Source of the DNA: Zancudomyces culisetae HAW-14-8
Taxonomy: Eukaryota; Fungi; Kickxellomycota
Assembly: GCA_052426225.1 (NCBI GenBank)
Contig: JBNJNM010000017.1
Span: forward strand, 15,052 to 79,051
Reading direction: 5' to 3'
DNA: 64,000 nucleotides
The notes below the pieces were generated by a model. The model was not told the DNA's origin. It worked only from the letters and a program-made list of their open reading frames with translations, and did not search any database. Shown in pieces: positions 1 to 12,430 of this stretch. Each line of letters begins with the position of its first letter. Within the stretch, counting starts at the first letter, position 1. A program made the position numbers and the translations under genes.

Positions 1-1598
1 AACTTTGGTGCTGACTGATTTTTGTCATTCTTTTTTAGAAGCAAAGTTCTGTGAAAGTAACGACTTACCTAATATATTCTTTTAAATTGACAAAAATATA
101 CAAAAAGCTTCTATTTCGACATAATAAATCTAATTAGGTAATAGTGGTTAAAAGGTCTAGTAGTTGATGTGTACAGAAAACAGCCATGATGGTAATAATA
201 GCTACAGATACTAATGAGGGATGTACTATTATGTCTATGCAATTTTAATAGCAGCGGAGGGAGGAGGAATGTAGGCGTGGGATGAGGGCGGGGGGGGGGG
301 TGAGTAAAAAAACATGTCTATACTCACACCTTCAAGTAACACCCAACTGTTTTAGAAAATCTGTATTTTATAATTTCTTGGTTGCATCCAGGCACCATTC
401 CACTAATTTTATTTCCACCCCATCAAAATCATGTAAGAGGTTTATAGTTTTTAACAATCAGTATAATAGAGTAATAGATTCGTGTTATGGTTGTGTGGTT
501 TTGAATGTTTGATCACATCTCTTTTTTTTAAAAAAAAGTTGACGTTATAACAAAAAAAAAGGCTTTAAGTTACCTTGTTTTGGTTGTATATTTTCTTTTC
601 ATGCTGTGGACAAGCACAGAGTCTATAAATAATCCACTTGAAATGAAAAATTCTTTGTTATTAGTGTTGGGTTTGTTTTAATATCAGTTTTTTTTACTCC
701 GAGAAATAACAGTTTCTGCTACTAATTGCATTTTGCAGTTCTTTAAATCGACATTTATCTGGAATTGATAATATATGTTATTACAGAATAACATGATATC
801 AACACTGGCTATTACTCCTTTTTTAAACGGTTGGCAAAAACTCATTTCATAGAAGTTATGAATCCTGAGCTCAAAAACAAAACAATTTGAGCATTAAAAA
901 ATGATCTGTACTGCGGTAGATTAAACACCAAGGTATGGCGAGTTGGTATATTTGACTCGTTGAGAACTATTTTTACAACTCAGAAATTACACGAACAACA
1001 CTGTGCACATACTTATCATTTGGTCTGCTCGAAGATGTTTAAGGTAATGAGTAGAAAGAAATAAAGGCTTTTCTTGGGAGAAAAGAGGGGGGGAAAGTAA
1101 TATCAGAAAAGGTCGTGTAGGTGTGTATATCACGCATGTACATTTAAATGAACTTGTGGGTTTTCTTTTGTACTTTTTGACTTTTAATTTTTACATTACA
1201 TGAAAAAAGGGCGAAACAAACCACTTTCTGTCAATAGACGGGAGATAAGGGCAGGTGATTGGATTATCTATGCTATTCTCTCTTTATGCAGGCCGTATTT
1301 ACCGCATTGTTTTCAGTTTTCGGCAATTTCCACTTGGTTCGCCATATCTTTTTAGCAAATTTGTGGTCTTGGATTCATTCACATATTTGCAGGTATATTA
1401 AACATTCGAGTTTGGATTTATACAAATAAATAAAGAACTTGTATCATCCGCAAACTACACAAAACAAAAAGAGTATTGGATAAAAAAAGACAAAAAAAAA
1501 TATACTTTTGCTTTCAACTTCAACGGATTTCTTTCAGTTGTTCTAAAAAACTAAAAAAGCAACGGAAAAAGGTAAATAACGAAATAGCAAAAAAAAAT

Positions 1599-2495
1599 AT
1601 GGATGGTCCAGCAGGAGGAGGGTATAAGTACCAGCAATTGCCACCAATTTACACAGAAACGGATCAGAGCGCGATTGAAAATCGAGATAGGACAAATTAC
1701 GCACAGGGACAGAGTCATGTTGTAATACCAGTTTTAGGGGGAAATAATGACAGCAACGGTTATGGGACACTTATAGGCAATGTGCAAGAAGGGGGTGGTA
1801 TAGTTTATAAAAAATACGTAATACAGACTGACATGGATATAAGAAAGGCGTTTATACGAAAAGTGTATACAATACTGATGGTCCAATTGGGCTTAACAAG
1901 TGTAATAGCAGGAACAATCATGTTAAATCGAACAATGCAACAGTGGGTGTTGGGTCATATTGTTGGTGTTCTGGTTACAAGTGTAATAGGAACTCTTGTA
2001 ACGATGCTATGGCTTTGGTTCAAATCAAAAAGTTATCCACAGAATATGATACTACTGGGATTGTTCACAATCTTTGAGGCGATGATGATAGGAACGCTAC
2101 TAGCCGAGTATTCAAACAGTGGGAACGGTATTTTGGTACTAAAAGCTTTACTGATCACGCTTGGTGTTGTTATTGGGCTCACTGTGTTTACAATGCAGAG
2201 TAAATATGATTTCAGTGGCTTGGGTCCTATACTGACCGTTGCCCTATTTGGGTTTACAGGCTTTATGCTGGTGAATATGTTTATTCCATTTTCAGCCGGA
2301 GGAGGAGTGTTTGAGTACGGAATAACAATATTTGGTGTTGGATTGTTTTCTTTGTACTTGGTTTATGATACGTATATGATTATGAACAAATTAGAAGTAG
2401 ACGAATACATTCTGGGCAGCTTAATGCTATACTTGGATATAATCAATATATTCCTTAATATACTAAGGCTAATAAGCGAAGCCCAGGACCACTAG
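1599..2495 (+). CDS. BXI1: Bax inhibitor-1 / TMBIM (lifeguard-like, Bxi1-like) multi-pass membrane protein
   Basis: Intronless ORF, first ATG at 1599 (MDGPAGG...). Motifs 'IRKAFIRKVYTILMVQL', 'FTMQSKYDF', 'YLVYDT' and 'EYILGSLMLYLDIINIFLNIL', plus about 7 hydrophobic segments. Confidence 0.9.
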   Translation: MDGPAGGGYKYQQLPPIYTETDQSAIENRDRTNYAQGQSHVVIPVLGGNNDSNGYGTLIGNVQEGGGIVYKKYVIQTDMDIRKAFIRKVYTILMVQLGLTSVIAGTIMLNRTMQQWVLGHIVGVLVTSVIGTLVTMLWLWFKSKSYPQNMILLGLFTIFEAMMIGTLLAEYSNSGNGILVLKALLITLGVVIGLTVFTMQSKYDFSGLGPILTVALFGFTGFMLVNMFIPFSAGGGVFEYGITIFGVGLFSLYLVYDTYMIMNKLEVDEYILGSLMLYLDIINIFLNILRLISEAQDH

Positions 2496-3098
2496 ACCTG
2501 AATATGGTTCCCTATGTCCTTTAGCCTAACTCTAAAATCAATTTAATTTTAATTCAGCGGCAAGTATACCATCGCGTTCCTTCATCTGGTTTGTTTAAAT
2601 ATTGGTAGCTTTTTTCTAAACATTAAAACGTGTCACAATTTATTTTTACATAAAGAATACGATAAATGGAGAGAAAAAAGCATTCATAGTGCTGTGGAAC
2701 TTGGTTAAATACCCACTCCTATTTTTTTTTGTTTTAGCCACAAACTTTCCCTTAAACAGCAATTGGTTTTTATTATTTCTAAAGAGAAACACGTCGCTGA
2801 GGTTTAATGTTTTTTTTGAGAGCAAAATAGAGCAAGCTTTTTTTTGGAGCCAGCAGTATTCGTTTGACTTGGAGCTGAGAACAGAAATTGCATTAGCGTT
2901 TACAAGAATGAAAAGCCAACAGAAAAAGAAATTTTTTTCTTTTAAAAAAATGAAATTCTATAACTTGTAAAATAAAAATTTTTCTGGTTTATTCAAAACA
3001 AAAAGAAAAGAAAAAACCACTTAGTAAATACGAACGAGAAAAGAAATTACAAAGGACAGATTAAAAGGAACAAAAAAAAAAGACAAAGATAAAGATAT

Positions 3099-4559
3099 AT
3101 GAGTTCTGCACAAAATCAAGCTAAACCTTCATTGCATGGAGTCAAGATTAAAACAAGAAAGGTAGGAATCCTTTGGTAATTTATTTCATAAGTGTGAACA
3201 AGCGCATTTTTTAAAAAAGGAATAGGGATTGCTAAATAAGCAATAGTAATGTAAAATATCTGGACTTTTTTATAGAGAGTAATTAAATCGCAAACCAAGT
3301 TTGAGCCTGAAGGTAAGGACATTTGGTTTAGGTTATGCAAAAAGCAAGAGAGATTGAAACAAAAGGGTATGCTAAGATAAAAAAACGTTAAAATAACAAT
3401 AGGATTTAGGGATCAGCTTTTAGAAGTATTTGGAGAGAACAAAGAGCTTGATACAGAAGAGATAACAGCCAAGTTAGATGCAGCAGGAAAAACTATAGAT
3501 TATCGGACATATGGGGAGGCGTTTTTTGAATTGTTGGTGAGCGGAGGACTAATCGCACCAGGGGGGATTCTTGAATATGATGAGGAGTATGGCGAGCTGT
3601 TCTTCAGCTTGTTTAGTGCAAGAAAAGGAGATAAGGATGCGTTGGAAATTGCACGAGAATGGGTGGGGCTAATTAGTCGGCTCACAAGACGATACAAATA
3701 CCTGGAGCGGATATTTTCGGACACAGCCAAAGGAATCGTAGAGTATGTCAATCGGTATAGCGAGGAGAACAATAAGCGCTTAGCGGCGGGATTAGGGTTG
3801 TTAATGGCGCGAGGGCTGATTGGATTTGAGAGTATCAAAGTGTTACAGAAAGAGCACCTCAACAAAGATGGCTATGGACTAACGGTTCTTACGGGTATTA
3901 TGCGAGCATACTTGGGCGAAAAGTCAATTGAAAGCCTGTTTGTGGCTTTGGAAAAAATCAAAGCAGATTCTCTCTTGGATTTCTTCCCATTCAACAAACG
4001 CATGGATGAATACTTTGTGCGTCACTTCGAGGCTGAGGATATGCGGGCCGTTATTGATTATGTAGCCGCCCGCAAGGCTGAGTCTGCTCGCGATGCTGTT
4101 TACTCTGACCTATTTGAACGCCTACAATCCGGTGCTTCTGCAGAAGACCTGGCAAAAGCTGCCCGTAGAGCCATGACTGCTCACTCTTTTACTCCCGCCC
4201 AAATGGCAACCTTGCTATGGGATGCCATTCTGAGTTACCTACGCTCTTCTTCAGATCTTGTTGCCGAGCAACAGCAATTTATTGCCGAAGTTCGTAAGTA
4301 CAGCGACTCGCTTCTAGTCTTTACAGATTCCGCAAAGGCCGAAATGGCTCTTTTGCAACATCTCCAAAAATCTTTTTATGAGGACGCTTCTCTTATGAAA
4401 TTCTTTGCATCTGTTGTTCGTGTGTTTTACGAAGAGGATGTTTTGTCTAACGATGCTATTTTGTTTTGGGCGAAAAAAGGCGCTCTTAGTCAGGGAAAGT
4501 CGACTTTTATGAAGCAAATGTCCAAATTTATCGATTATTTAGAGCAGCAGTCTGAATAA
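3099..4559 (+). CDS. BZW: eIF5-mimic protein 5MP/BZW (MA3 + W2 domains); exons 3099-3161, 3276-3312, 3403-4559
   Basis: Spliced N-terminus MSSAQNQAKPSLHGVKIKTRK-RVIKSQTKFEPEGFRDQL...LDAAGKTIDYRTYGEAFFELLVSGGLIAPGG matches the BZW N-terminus. W2 end 'FYEEDVLSNDAILFW...GKSTFMKQMSKFIDYLEQ'. The GT-AG introns keep frame. Confidence 0.9.
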
Positions 4560-4652
4560 TAATCCGTTCTTTTTATTATTTACTACCAACAAAACCTATT
4601 TAAAATAAAAATAAACTGTTTCCTAGCTTTAAAGTGCACTATTTGTTTTGCT

Positions 4653-5330
4653 TTAAAACGACAACAGAAAAGTTTCGGCTACTGTTCTTGCCCTAGCATT
4701 TATACTCAGCTTCATCTCGCTAATTTCCTTGTCAACTTCTTGCATAAACTCAATAATAAAATCTACAACCTTGTCCTTATCCAGCCGTTCTGTCTCAAGA
4801 TGCTGGTTTGTAATCAAAAAGCTGATGTCGTATCCTTTTATCGCTGCCACCCGTCGTAAAATAACGAAGCTTTCGGCGCGCAGCATCAAAAATCTGGCGA
4901 ATTTGTGACTTAGAATCTTTTCCATATCATCAGCCTGCTTAATCCGGATGGATAACCGAACAGAATTTATAGACGTCTCAATCAGCACTTGTTCATTTTC
5001 ATTGCGTGAAATGTGTAGTGGTGCAAGAATAACCTCTGGAGTTGTCCTTTTTGTATATATATTTTTAAATGCTTATTATACAATGTTGGAGTAATACAGA
5101 TTCTTTGCAATTAAAACTTACCCAGCCTCGATTTCAGGATACTCGTGCTTCTCTACAATTTGTGAACCAAAACTTTGAATGTTTAGAGCAGCCGTTAAGC
5201 TAGATTTCACGGCATTTAGGTAGGGTTTTAGCGTGTTTGACTATTGATTCCATTATCCAATGTAATATTAGTTTTCGTTTGTATGCATTTTACTATTGCA
5301 ATTAAAAGAGTATATTTTTCTACTTGCCAT
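4653..5330 (-). CDS. ARPC4: Arp2/3 complex 20-kDa subunit; exons 5330-5328 (ATG only), 5240-5122, 5046-4653; first intron GC-AG
   Basis: Spliced product [86 protein letters not shown]...[16 protein letters not shown]. Confidence 0.93.
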
Positions 5331-5805
5331 CTCTATCGTTCAACTTTTCCTCTTTGTTCTTGCTTCGTTAAACTTACAGACTTTGTACTTTGAATATTCT
5401 TCACGACCTTTAATCAATGACAGTCAGAAATATTGCCCTTTATTTTTTTTGCAACTTTTTCTTGAAAGCTAATACCTCTTAAAAATGCAAAGTTAAATAA
5501 CGTCAAAATGCTAAATTCAATTAGAATGCTCTCAATTTAGGCTTGTATTTCTTGTTGCACCATTCATAGGTTATCCAAAATGCTTTATTTTTTTTGTTGT
5601 TTTTTGGAAGCAGAAACAAATAAAAACTGAAACATCTTGTTTATAAAGATGGTACTATTTTTTTTCCATACAAGCACGCACAACTGTTTACAAAGCCAGC
5701 TCTAACCGATTTACGTTGGTATGTTGTGGATAAAAGTGAAAGTTTGCAGACCTGTAAGTAAGGACAAATATCGTAATACCAATACTTTCTTTAGAATGGT
5801 ACCCC

Positions 5806-5863
5806 GAATACACATACTCACATACTCACATACTCACATACACACACACACAAACACAAACAC
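5806..5863. repeat. (CACATACT)n / (CA)n microsatellite
   Basis: cacatactca catactcaca tactcacata cacacacaca caaacacaaa cac seen directly. Confidence 0.8.
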
Positions 5864-7870
5864 ATTCACTATAAAATATCTTTTTTTGTTTTATGAAGCT
5901 TTTGGAGGATATGGATTGAAAAAGCAAATATTGTAAAGAAGAGCGAAGCATGTTATACAAAGATAAGATAAAACATAAGTATATTGAGCTAAATATGTTT
6001 CAAAATAAAGTATAATCATCTCTCTGGCAGTCATAACAAGCCTGGTATTTGCGCTTGCTTTAAATATTGACTATTCAAGCGTGTAAACGATAAATAACTG
6101 AACTGGTGATAAAAAAAATTACATATTTAGAAGCGCGGTTACAGCTACACCTATTCTAAATTATTCGTATACATATTTTTAGAAATAGGATTATCACGTT
6201 ACCTTTGTAATGGCAGTGTAGACATATTGTGCTTTAACTGCTGGTTAAACTACAACTCCATGGCGTACCTAGTAAAATTTTCCATATAACTCATTTACAT
6301 TTGATACTCCCTTTGGCGCGCGCTTTTGCATAAAAAGCGTGCAGTTAGCTGAATACTAGTTTACAGCTACGTATCTAAGGTATACGTATTATCTGGCTAC
6401 TCCACCCCTGCCCCTTCCTGTTCCGAGTAACCATGCTAGTGATGTTATTTGGTAATAGTTGATGGTATATTGGGAGAACAAAAACCCATATCTCAGTTGA
6501 TTAGTTGCGTTTCTTTTTTTTTTTGCAATACGTTTTTTTTGGTTCTGTAGCTCAATTTTCTGAAAAGAATAAGTACCCAACTATCAAAAGCCAATGGAGG
6601 TAGCTGATGCCGGCTAGAATATTGTTTTCCAATATTAGCTGTTGGTTCATGTTTGAAAGTATATTCATACAAAGGCAAATGTTTTGTTGTATTATATGCC
6701 ACCAGGTGTAGAGCGGGATAACGCATTGTATAACCCTAGACTAAAAAAAAAAGAGTCTGGCCTTGCAAAAATTGGTATTTATTTCACTTCAAAACACTTT
6801 TGTTAATACCACTCATGTTTCCCATTATCTTTTCTCATAACAACACTAGAATTTCTTGGTTTGTAGTGGGGTATCAATTTTTTTTATTATTTCTTTTTTT
6901 ACCTTAACCCAATAGTTCGTGCGAATACCTAACAGTTGTCAATAATGTTAATAGAACACAGCTGATAAATAGCTAGCTTTTGTAGTTCCGGACACAAATT
7001 CATACTCGAGTTTCCATATCCATGTACGGTTTGGCACTGATACTGCAGTGCCCTTGTGAGTTGCGGAAGGGGATGTGGTTGTGGGCAAATACTCAAAGCG
7101 TAGTTGTAGAACTATTCCTAGTTATTGATATTTTTTGCAATTCGCATAAAAGTTAGTTCTCTAAAAAATTAAAGGGAGGGTAAAATGGATAGACACAAGC
7201 ATAGCAACAGGGTACCATATTCAATTTACATAGGTTTAAACTGGTGATCACTTGAAAGGGGATCAACATTTAATATACTGAAATGTCGAGCCACAGTTAG
7301 AGGATATAGTACAAAGTTTATCATGCACAGTTCAAAACTCAAAATAAATAATACGAAATAGGTCCAGGCTGTAGTAATAATAGAAATGTGAAAATCATTA
7401 TATCTAGAAGCTATAGGCATAAAGTGCTCAGCACAATGAGTTTAGTTTTACTTTTTGTTCTCATCTCTATAATAGTTTAATAGTATAAAATATATAAATT
7501 GAGGAGAAACTATCTTGAAAGTATATCCGTTAGCAATACAATCACTGCTATTCGTTATTTAAATTGAATATTTTTCTTTGGTGTTTTATTCAAAACAGGA
7601 CATCGTTAAAATAAACCATACTACTGAGCTTTTCTGAAAATTTTGTAAGTGATGTTTCTTTTAAAAATTGTGGTACATTCGTTAAATATATAACCGATTA
7701 AGGGTACTTACTTGGTATTAAGAAAAAACGTACTGATTTAACTGTATTGATCTACGATTGATAGCTATCTGTGAAACGACTTGATGAGTGTACAATAGAA
7801 ACCACTCTACCAGTTGCAGAAAAAAATAGAATAAAAAAATAGAATAAAAAAATAGAAAAAGAATAACAGC

Positions 7871-9763
7871 ATGAATAAGCTTTTGTTTGTGTGTGGGATC
7901 ATCTTTACAGTGATTTTGTCGATCTCAAGAGCAGCGGCAGACAAAAACGCAAAGGTAAACTTTGCTCAGCTTAACCGACTTGTTGTGGATAATGCCTCAA
8001 ACATAGCTAGTCCGAGTTCAACACAAACTAACGCTCTTCATCCTGGGGTTGGGGCAGCTGATGGCGCGTTGATAAGAAAAGTCGAAAATCTGATGGATGA
8101 CGAAAAACTGGCTGCACAGAATAGAAAAAAATCTATTTACAGACTTCGAATTAAGTATAGACTTAGGTTTGAGGCTGCAAAGGCATTGTTTGAGGAAAGA
8201 CTTGGTCAGCTAAACGATAGAATCGAGTCTCTTAAAAACAGAATAAATGAACAAAATGAGTGTTTTACTGCCAACACCATAACAGTGACATCAGATTATA
8301 CTTCTACAAAGACCAGCCGCGTCAAAGTGAAGCAAACAGTAACTGTACAGCCAACAGTCCAAGCAACGACTATCCTGCACACCACTGTCACGGTTCCAAA
8401 AAAAACTAAAACCAATACACGGCATACCATGAATAGACCTTGTACCAAGTGGAAATCAACAAGTGTTTTTATTACACTTACAAAGTACACAGATAAGACA
8501 AAAGTATCTTCCACAACAGTTACAAGAAAACAAACAGTGGAGACTATTTTGACAACCACATCTAAAGTAGTCGCAACTGCAACAAAGAAAACTGTTATTA
8601 CATCCACGCTTCAGGCTACAGCCACCGCTACAACAACCGTTCCAAAAACCATAGTGGTATCACAAACTTCAACAAAGCCACAAATATTTACGACAACCAC
8701 AAGCTCTATATCTTCCGTTACCCGTGTCACTAGATTGACTACTACATCAAACGCCAGCCTAACCTTGACGGCCACACAAAGTTCCATCATAACTAACAGT
8801 GTACTTTCAACTGTATTTGCAACAAAGGATCACACTGTTACTTCTACCGTTTACATGACATCCACTACGGTATTAACACGCACGCAAATTCAAACAGTAC
8901 TTACACACTCTACACAGACTACACGGGTTACAAACACCACAACTACTAGAGTTAAATCCACACAGACAAGCCTCACGACTACTACTTCCAGCGCAACTAT
9001 TACCGTAACCACAAGAAGAACAAAGAGTCAAAGTACCATACTCACTGTACCAACCACTTCAACTGTTGTACAAACAATAACAAACAGCAAGACCATAGTT
9101 AAAACCAGTACCTCAAATATTACACAAACAGTGATAACAAGGACAAAATCTAAAGTTACAAATACAAGCACACAAAAACTGACTGTCACCACGTACAGTA
9201 CAGCTACAAACACAATAACTGCTAGTCTTACAATTAATAAGGTTACAAGAACAACAACAACCATTCCAACGACTAATATAGTTATTATTACAAGCACAAG
9301 CACTAAAACTGTCATGGTTGACCCTACTGCAGAGTCGGTTACTACTACATCGCTTACTAAATCCAGAAGCACTACAAGAACCATTGTTTCCCCTACCACA
9401 AAAACCGCTAGTACTTGCCTTACCAGAACAAGAACAAGAACCTCTATTCGAACAAACACCTCCACACGTACACGTACACGTACTAACACTGTTACCAGTG
9501 ATTCGACAACAACTAAAACGCATTCTAGCTACCAAACCTTTACTGATACAAAGATACACACAAGTATCACCACTGTTAGCTCGAAGTCTACCATTAATGA
9601 CACCGAATTTATTACAACTAGAAGCTGTCGCACAATCACCTCAACTCAATCTCGAACAAAAACAAAAACAACAACCATACGCTCAACAACTACTTCATCT
9701 ATTACTGTTACTAAACACGAGAGACCTATTATTAGAACATGTAAAACACTTGTAAGCGCCTAA
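7871..9763 (+). CDS. Secreted Thr-rich, basic mucin/adhesin-like protein (630 aa)
   Basis: Signal-peptide-like N-terminus (MNKLLFVCGIIFTVILSISRAAA), a coiled-coil-like segment, then about 500 aa dominated by T/S/V/K/R. No hydrophobic C-terminal GPI signal. Confidence 0.8.
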   Translation: MNKLLFVCGIIFTVILSISRAAADKNAKVNFAQLNRLVVDNASNIASPSSTQTNALHPGVGAADGALIRKVENLMDDEKLAAQNRKKSIYRLRIKYRLRFEAAKALFEERLGQLNDRIESLKNRINEQNECFTANTITVTSDYTSTKTSRVKVKQTVTVQPTVQATTILHTTVTVPKKTKTNTRHTMNRPCTKWKSTSVFITLTKYTDKTKVSSTTVTRKQTVETILTTTSKVVATATKKTVITSTLQATATATTTVPKTIVVSQTSTKPQIFTTTTSSISSVTRVTRLTTTSNASLTLTATQSSIITNSVLSTVFATKDHTVTSTVYMTSTTVLTRTQIQTVLTHSTQTTRVTNTTTTRVKSTQTSLTTTTSSATITVTTRRTKSQSTILTVPTTSTVVQTITNSKTIVKTSTSNITQTVITRTKSKVTNTSTQKLTVTTYSTATNTITASLTINKVTRTTTTIPTTNIVIITSTSTKTVMVDPTAESVTTTSLTKSRSTTRTIVSPTTKTASTCLTRTRTRTSIRTNTSTRTRTRTNTVTSDSTTTKTHSSYQTFTDTKIHTSITTVSSKSTINDTEFITTRSCRTITSTQSRTKTKTTTIRSTTTSSITVTKHERPIIRTCKTLVSA

Positions 9764-10727
9764 AATAGAGAAATCACAAAAGAACACATTATATTGTGTC
9801 AAAAAAAATAAAAATAAAGTAAGGCTGGAATGGATTAATGGACTCAAGCACTTGGTGTATGAGTAGTATTTATTTTATATTTAACAAGCATAGTAGTAGT
9901 AGAGTAGAGGTGAACGAGAAGATTATAGTAGCTATTTTTTGGCATAGAGTTTTGACAAGGTACAACGTAAAACTGTGTCAGCCAGTTGGCTATGCGTTTA
10001 TTTAAAGCCAACGGTTATTTTTTCGAGATATATTTTATGATGGATTAATAGATACACTATTTAAATAAAATACATTAAAATACTCAAGTGTATATCAAAG
10101 AACCATACCGGATAGACTTTTCTAAAACCCAAACTGTTCTTTGTTTGTTTTCTCTTGTCTTTTTTAGAAACTTTGTATGTATCTATCTGGCTAAAAAAAG
10201 ACAAACTTAATAGCGAATAATATAAACGGAATTATTCAAATGCGCTTTTTGCAATGCTGTAATGCAGGTTCAACCTTCAGTTAAATCCGCTAATGCATAA
10301 AAAGAGACATCCATAGGGTTGTAGCTGACTTGACGCATTACAACGCCCCTGATTGTTATGGGTTATTAAATAACATTAAGTGTGTAATTCATCACTTTTT
10401 ATGGTACTGCTTTACCAGTGTTGGTCTTGAATCCAAAACTTTGTAGAATCGTAATCAGCCCATCACATTTAATACTTTTCCAATTCGTGTTGTGAAATGG
10501 GATCACGTGGTGTATACGACTAAAAACAAAGTTACATGCTTCTGTATGTGATTTACTTGGTATTGGCTGATAGGAGTCACATGATATGTAACCTTTTTTA
10601 TTAATCAATTAGAGCTAACATTATCCGCTAAACGGCAATAACAAATATATGCAGTAAGATGCACTCAAAAGGGTCGCCATCAAAGCTAAAAACACGAGTA
10701 TCTTGTTTCTTATGTAGTATGCAATGA

Positions 10728-11192
10728 CTAGTACTTGACAGGAAAAGCCGTTAAAACAAGGTTCCCGACAGCGCTGTTAACTGTGAGCGAAAACGTTTTA
10801 TACTGGTTCATAGCCTCTAAAGCACTTGTGATAAATTTGTCCCAATAACCAGGAGAAAGTACATCAGACTTTAGACGTTGTTGAATTATTGTAAAGCTCC
10901 ACATTGTGTTTGTCCCAGAGTCAAAAAATAGTTTATTGTTTGGAACCAAAAATATACCTTGAGCTGGAAAAGATTCTTCTGCTAGGAGTGCGTTCCAAAC
11001 TAAAGATGCAGTAGACGGGACAGGCTTAAAAAGTGTTCCAACATTCGAGTTGATCCAGATCGTTGTATCCACATTAGTGGGGCTCTTCATTGAAGCGCAT
11101 GCTGCCCAACCAGCAGCGTTATTCCCACACGTGATTGCACCTGAACAGGTAAAAAGTGTTATCAGTGAGACTACGAGCGATTTCCAATGCAT
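10728..11192 (-). CDS. Small secreted protein of unknown function (154 aa from ATG 11192)
   Basis: MHWKSLVVSLITLFTCSGA signal-like peptide followed by a globular-looking sequence with two close Cys. Intronless ORF. Confidence 0.65.
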   Translation of the reverse strand: MHWKSLVVSLITLFTCSGAITCGNNAAGWAACASMKSPTNVDTTIWINSNVGTLFKPVPSTASLVWNALLAEESFPAQGIFLVPNNKLFFDSGTNTMWSFTIIQQRLKSDVLSPGYWDKFITSALEAMNQYKTFSLTVNSAVGNLVLTAFPVKY

Positions 11193-12430
11193 TTTCCTCT
11201 CAATTAACGACAAATGTTGTTGATGTAAAACTAAAAATGCGCACAAATGATGATGAATATATTTACTACAATGTTTCTGTTATATCTTCCATGTAAAAAA
11301 AAGAGGGGCGGGAGGGCTGAGTTATCCTTTTATAGGATCTTTTTTTTTTCATGGCTATTAACTGAAAGCAAGCATACTCTCCCTTTCATCAATATAAACA
11401 TTGTAACTCCAATTCTTAAATTAAACTGTAGGAAAGTGCTCGATTTTTCAAATTAGAACGGAAAGTAAAGCATGAAATTTTGTTACACTAGTCCATCATA
11501 CCAACTCAAGCCACAATTTATTAGCGTCTACTTATGATTTCTTTCTCTTTTTTTATGATAGATATTAGGGCAAAGTGTATGCACCTGTAAGGTCAAGATT
11601 AGCAACTTGTGTGCATATTCTAGTCGTTATAAAAGATAATGTTCCTATGAAAACGGAAAAATTGACAAAATGCAGTTGAAAACTACATGTCATCAATTTT
11701 AATGCGAATTATAAATTCATTTTTTCTTATTTTGCATTTACATTTACAACCGCCATAAGTAAAGGTGTGCAGTTAAGTCGCGGATTTTTCATGAATCAGA
11801 TACTTATGCAACCCCCAATTCCAATTGTGGGAGAATAGTGAATTTCCCACCTATAACACAGCTAAAGTCCGGTCAGATCTAGTTAGGATCTCATGTTGTG
11901 TTGCTCATCCCATTCCCATTCCCTTACCCTCACCTAACACATATACCTCATGATAGTGCTTTCGACCTAGTGTTGTTTAGCTCAGTTTTGCTTTGGATCC
12001 ACTTCCTTCGCCTCTTTCCACTGCAGGAATCTGTGATTGTAGTGATAAATGTTTTTGAGCATAAACGTGTATATCGAACCATGTGTATTATGCGGTCAAA
12101 AGTTGAATAAACATTAGTTTATACACCCCTCCCTTCCCCAGAGACAATTTACAAAAGCATAGTCACCAAAGGTTTATTCGCACGCCCAAAAGATCAATGT
12201 ACAAAGCGAGAAAAAAATGATGTTAGCTCTGTAAGTGTATGTAAATAAAAAATCTTATAGTGTTGATATATGCCAGGAAAAAAGTGCAACTACCCTAATT
12301 CATGGCTCCTCATAGCAAAGACTACTTTGTTAGTGGATAGTGGTGACAAACTAATGCACTAAATGTGGAGGTAACTTTTGCAAAACTATTTCTCTCCAGT
12401 ACAAGAACCATATACTCTACTAAGGCTTTG

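Noticed and set aside
1476-1598. 41-codon non-AUG N-terminal extension of the BI-1 protein
   Set aside because: A-rich leader with a TTG start and no recognisable signal. The ATG at 1599 has good context.
8296-9755. Val-rich antisense and Leu/Gln-rich alternate-frame ORFs
   Set aside because: Shadows of the ACN-rich Thr-rich gene.
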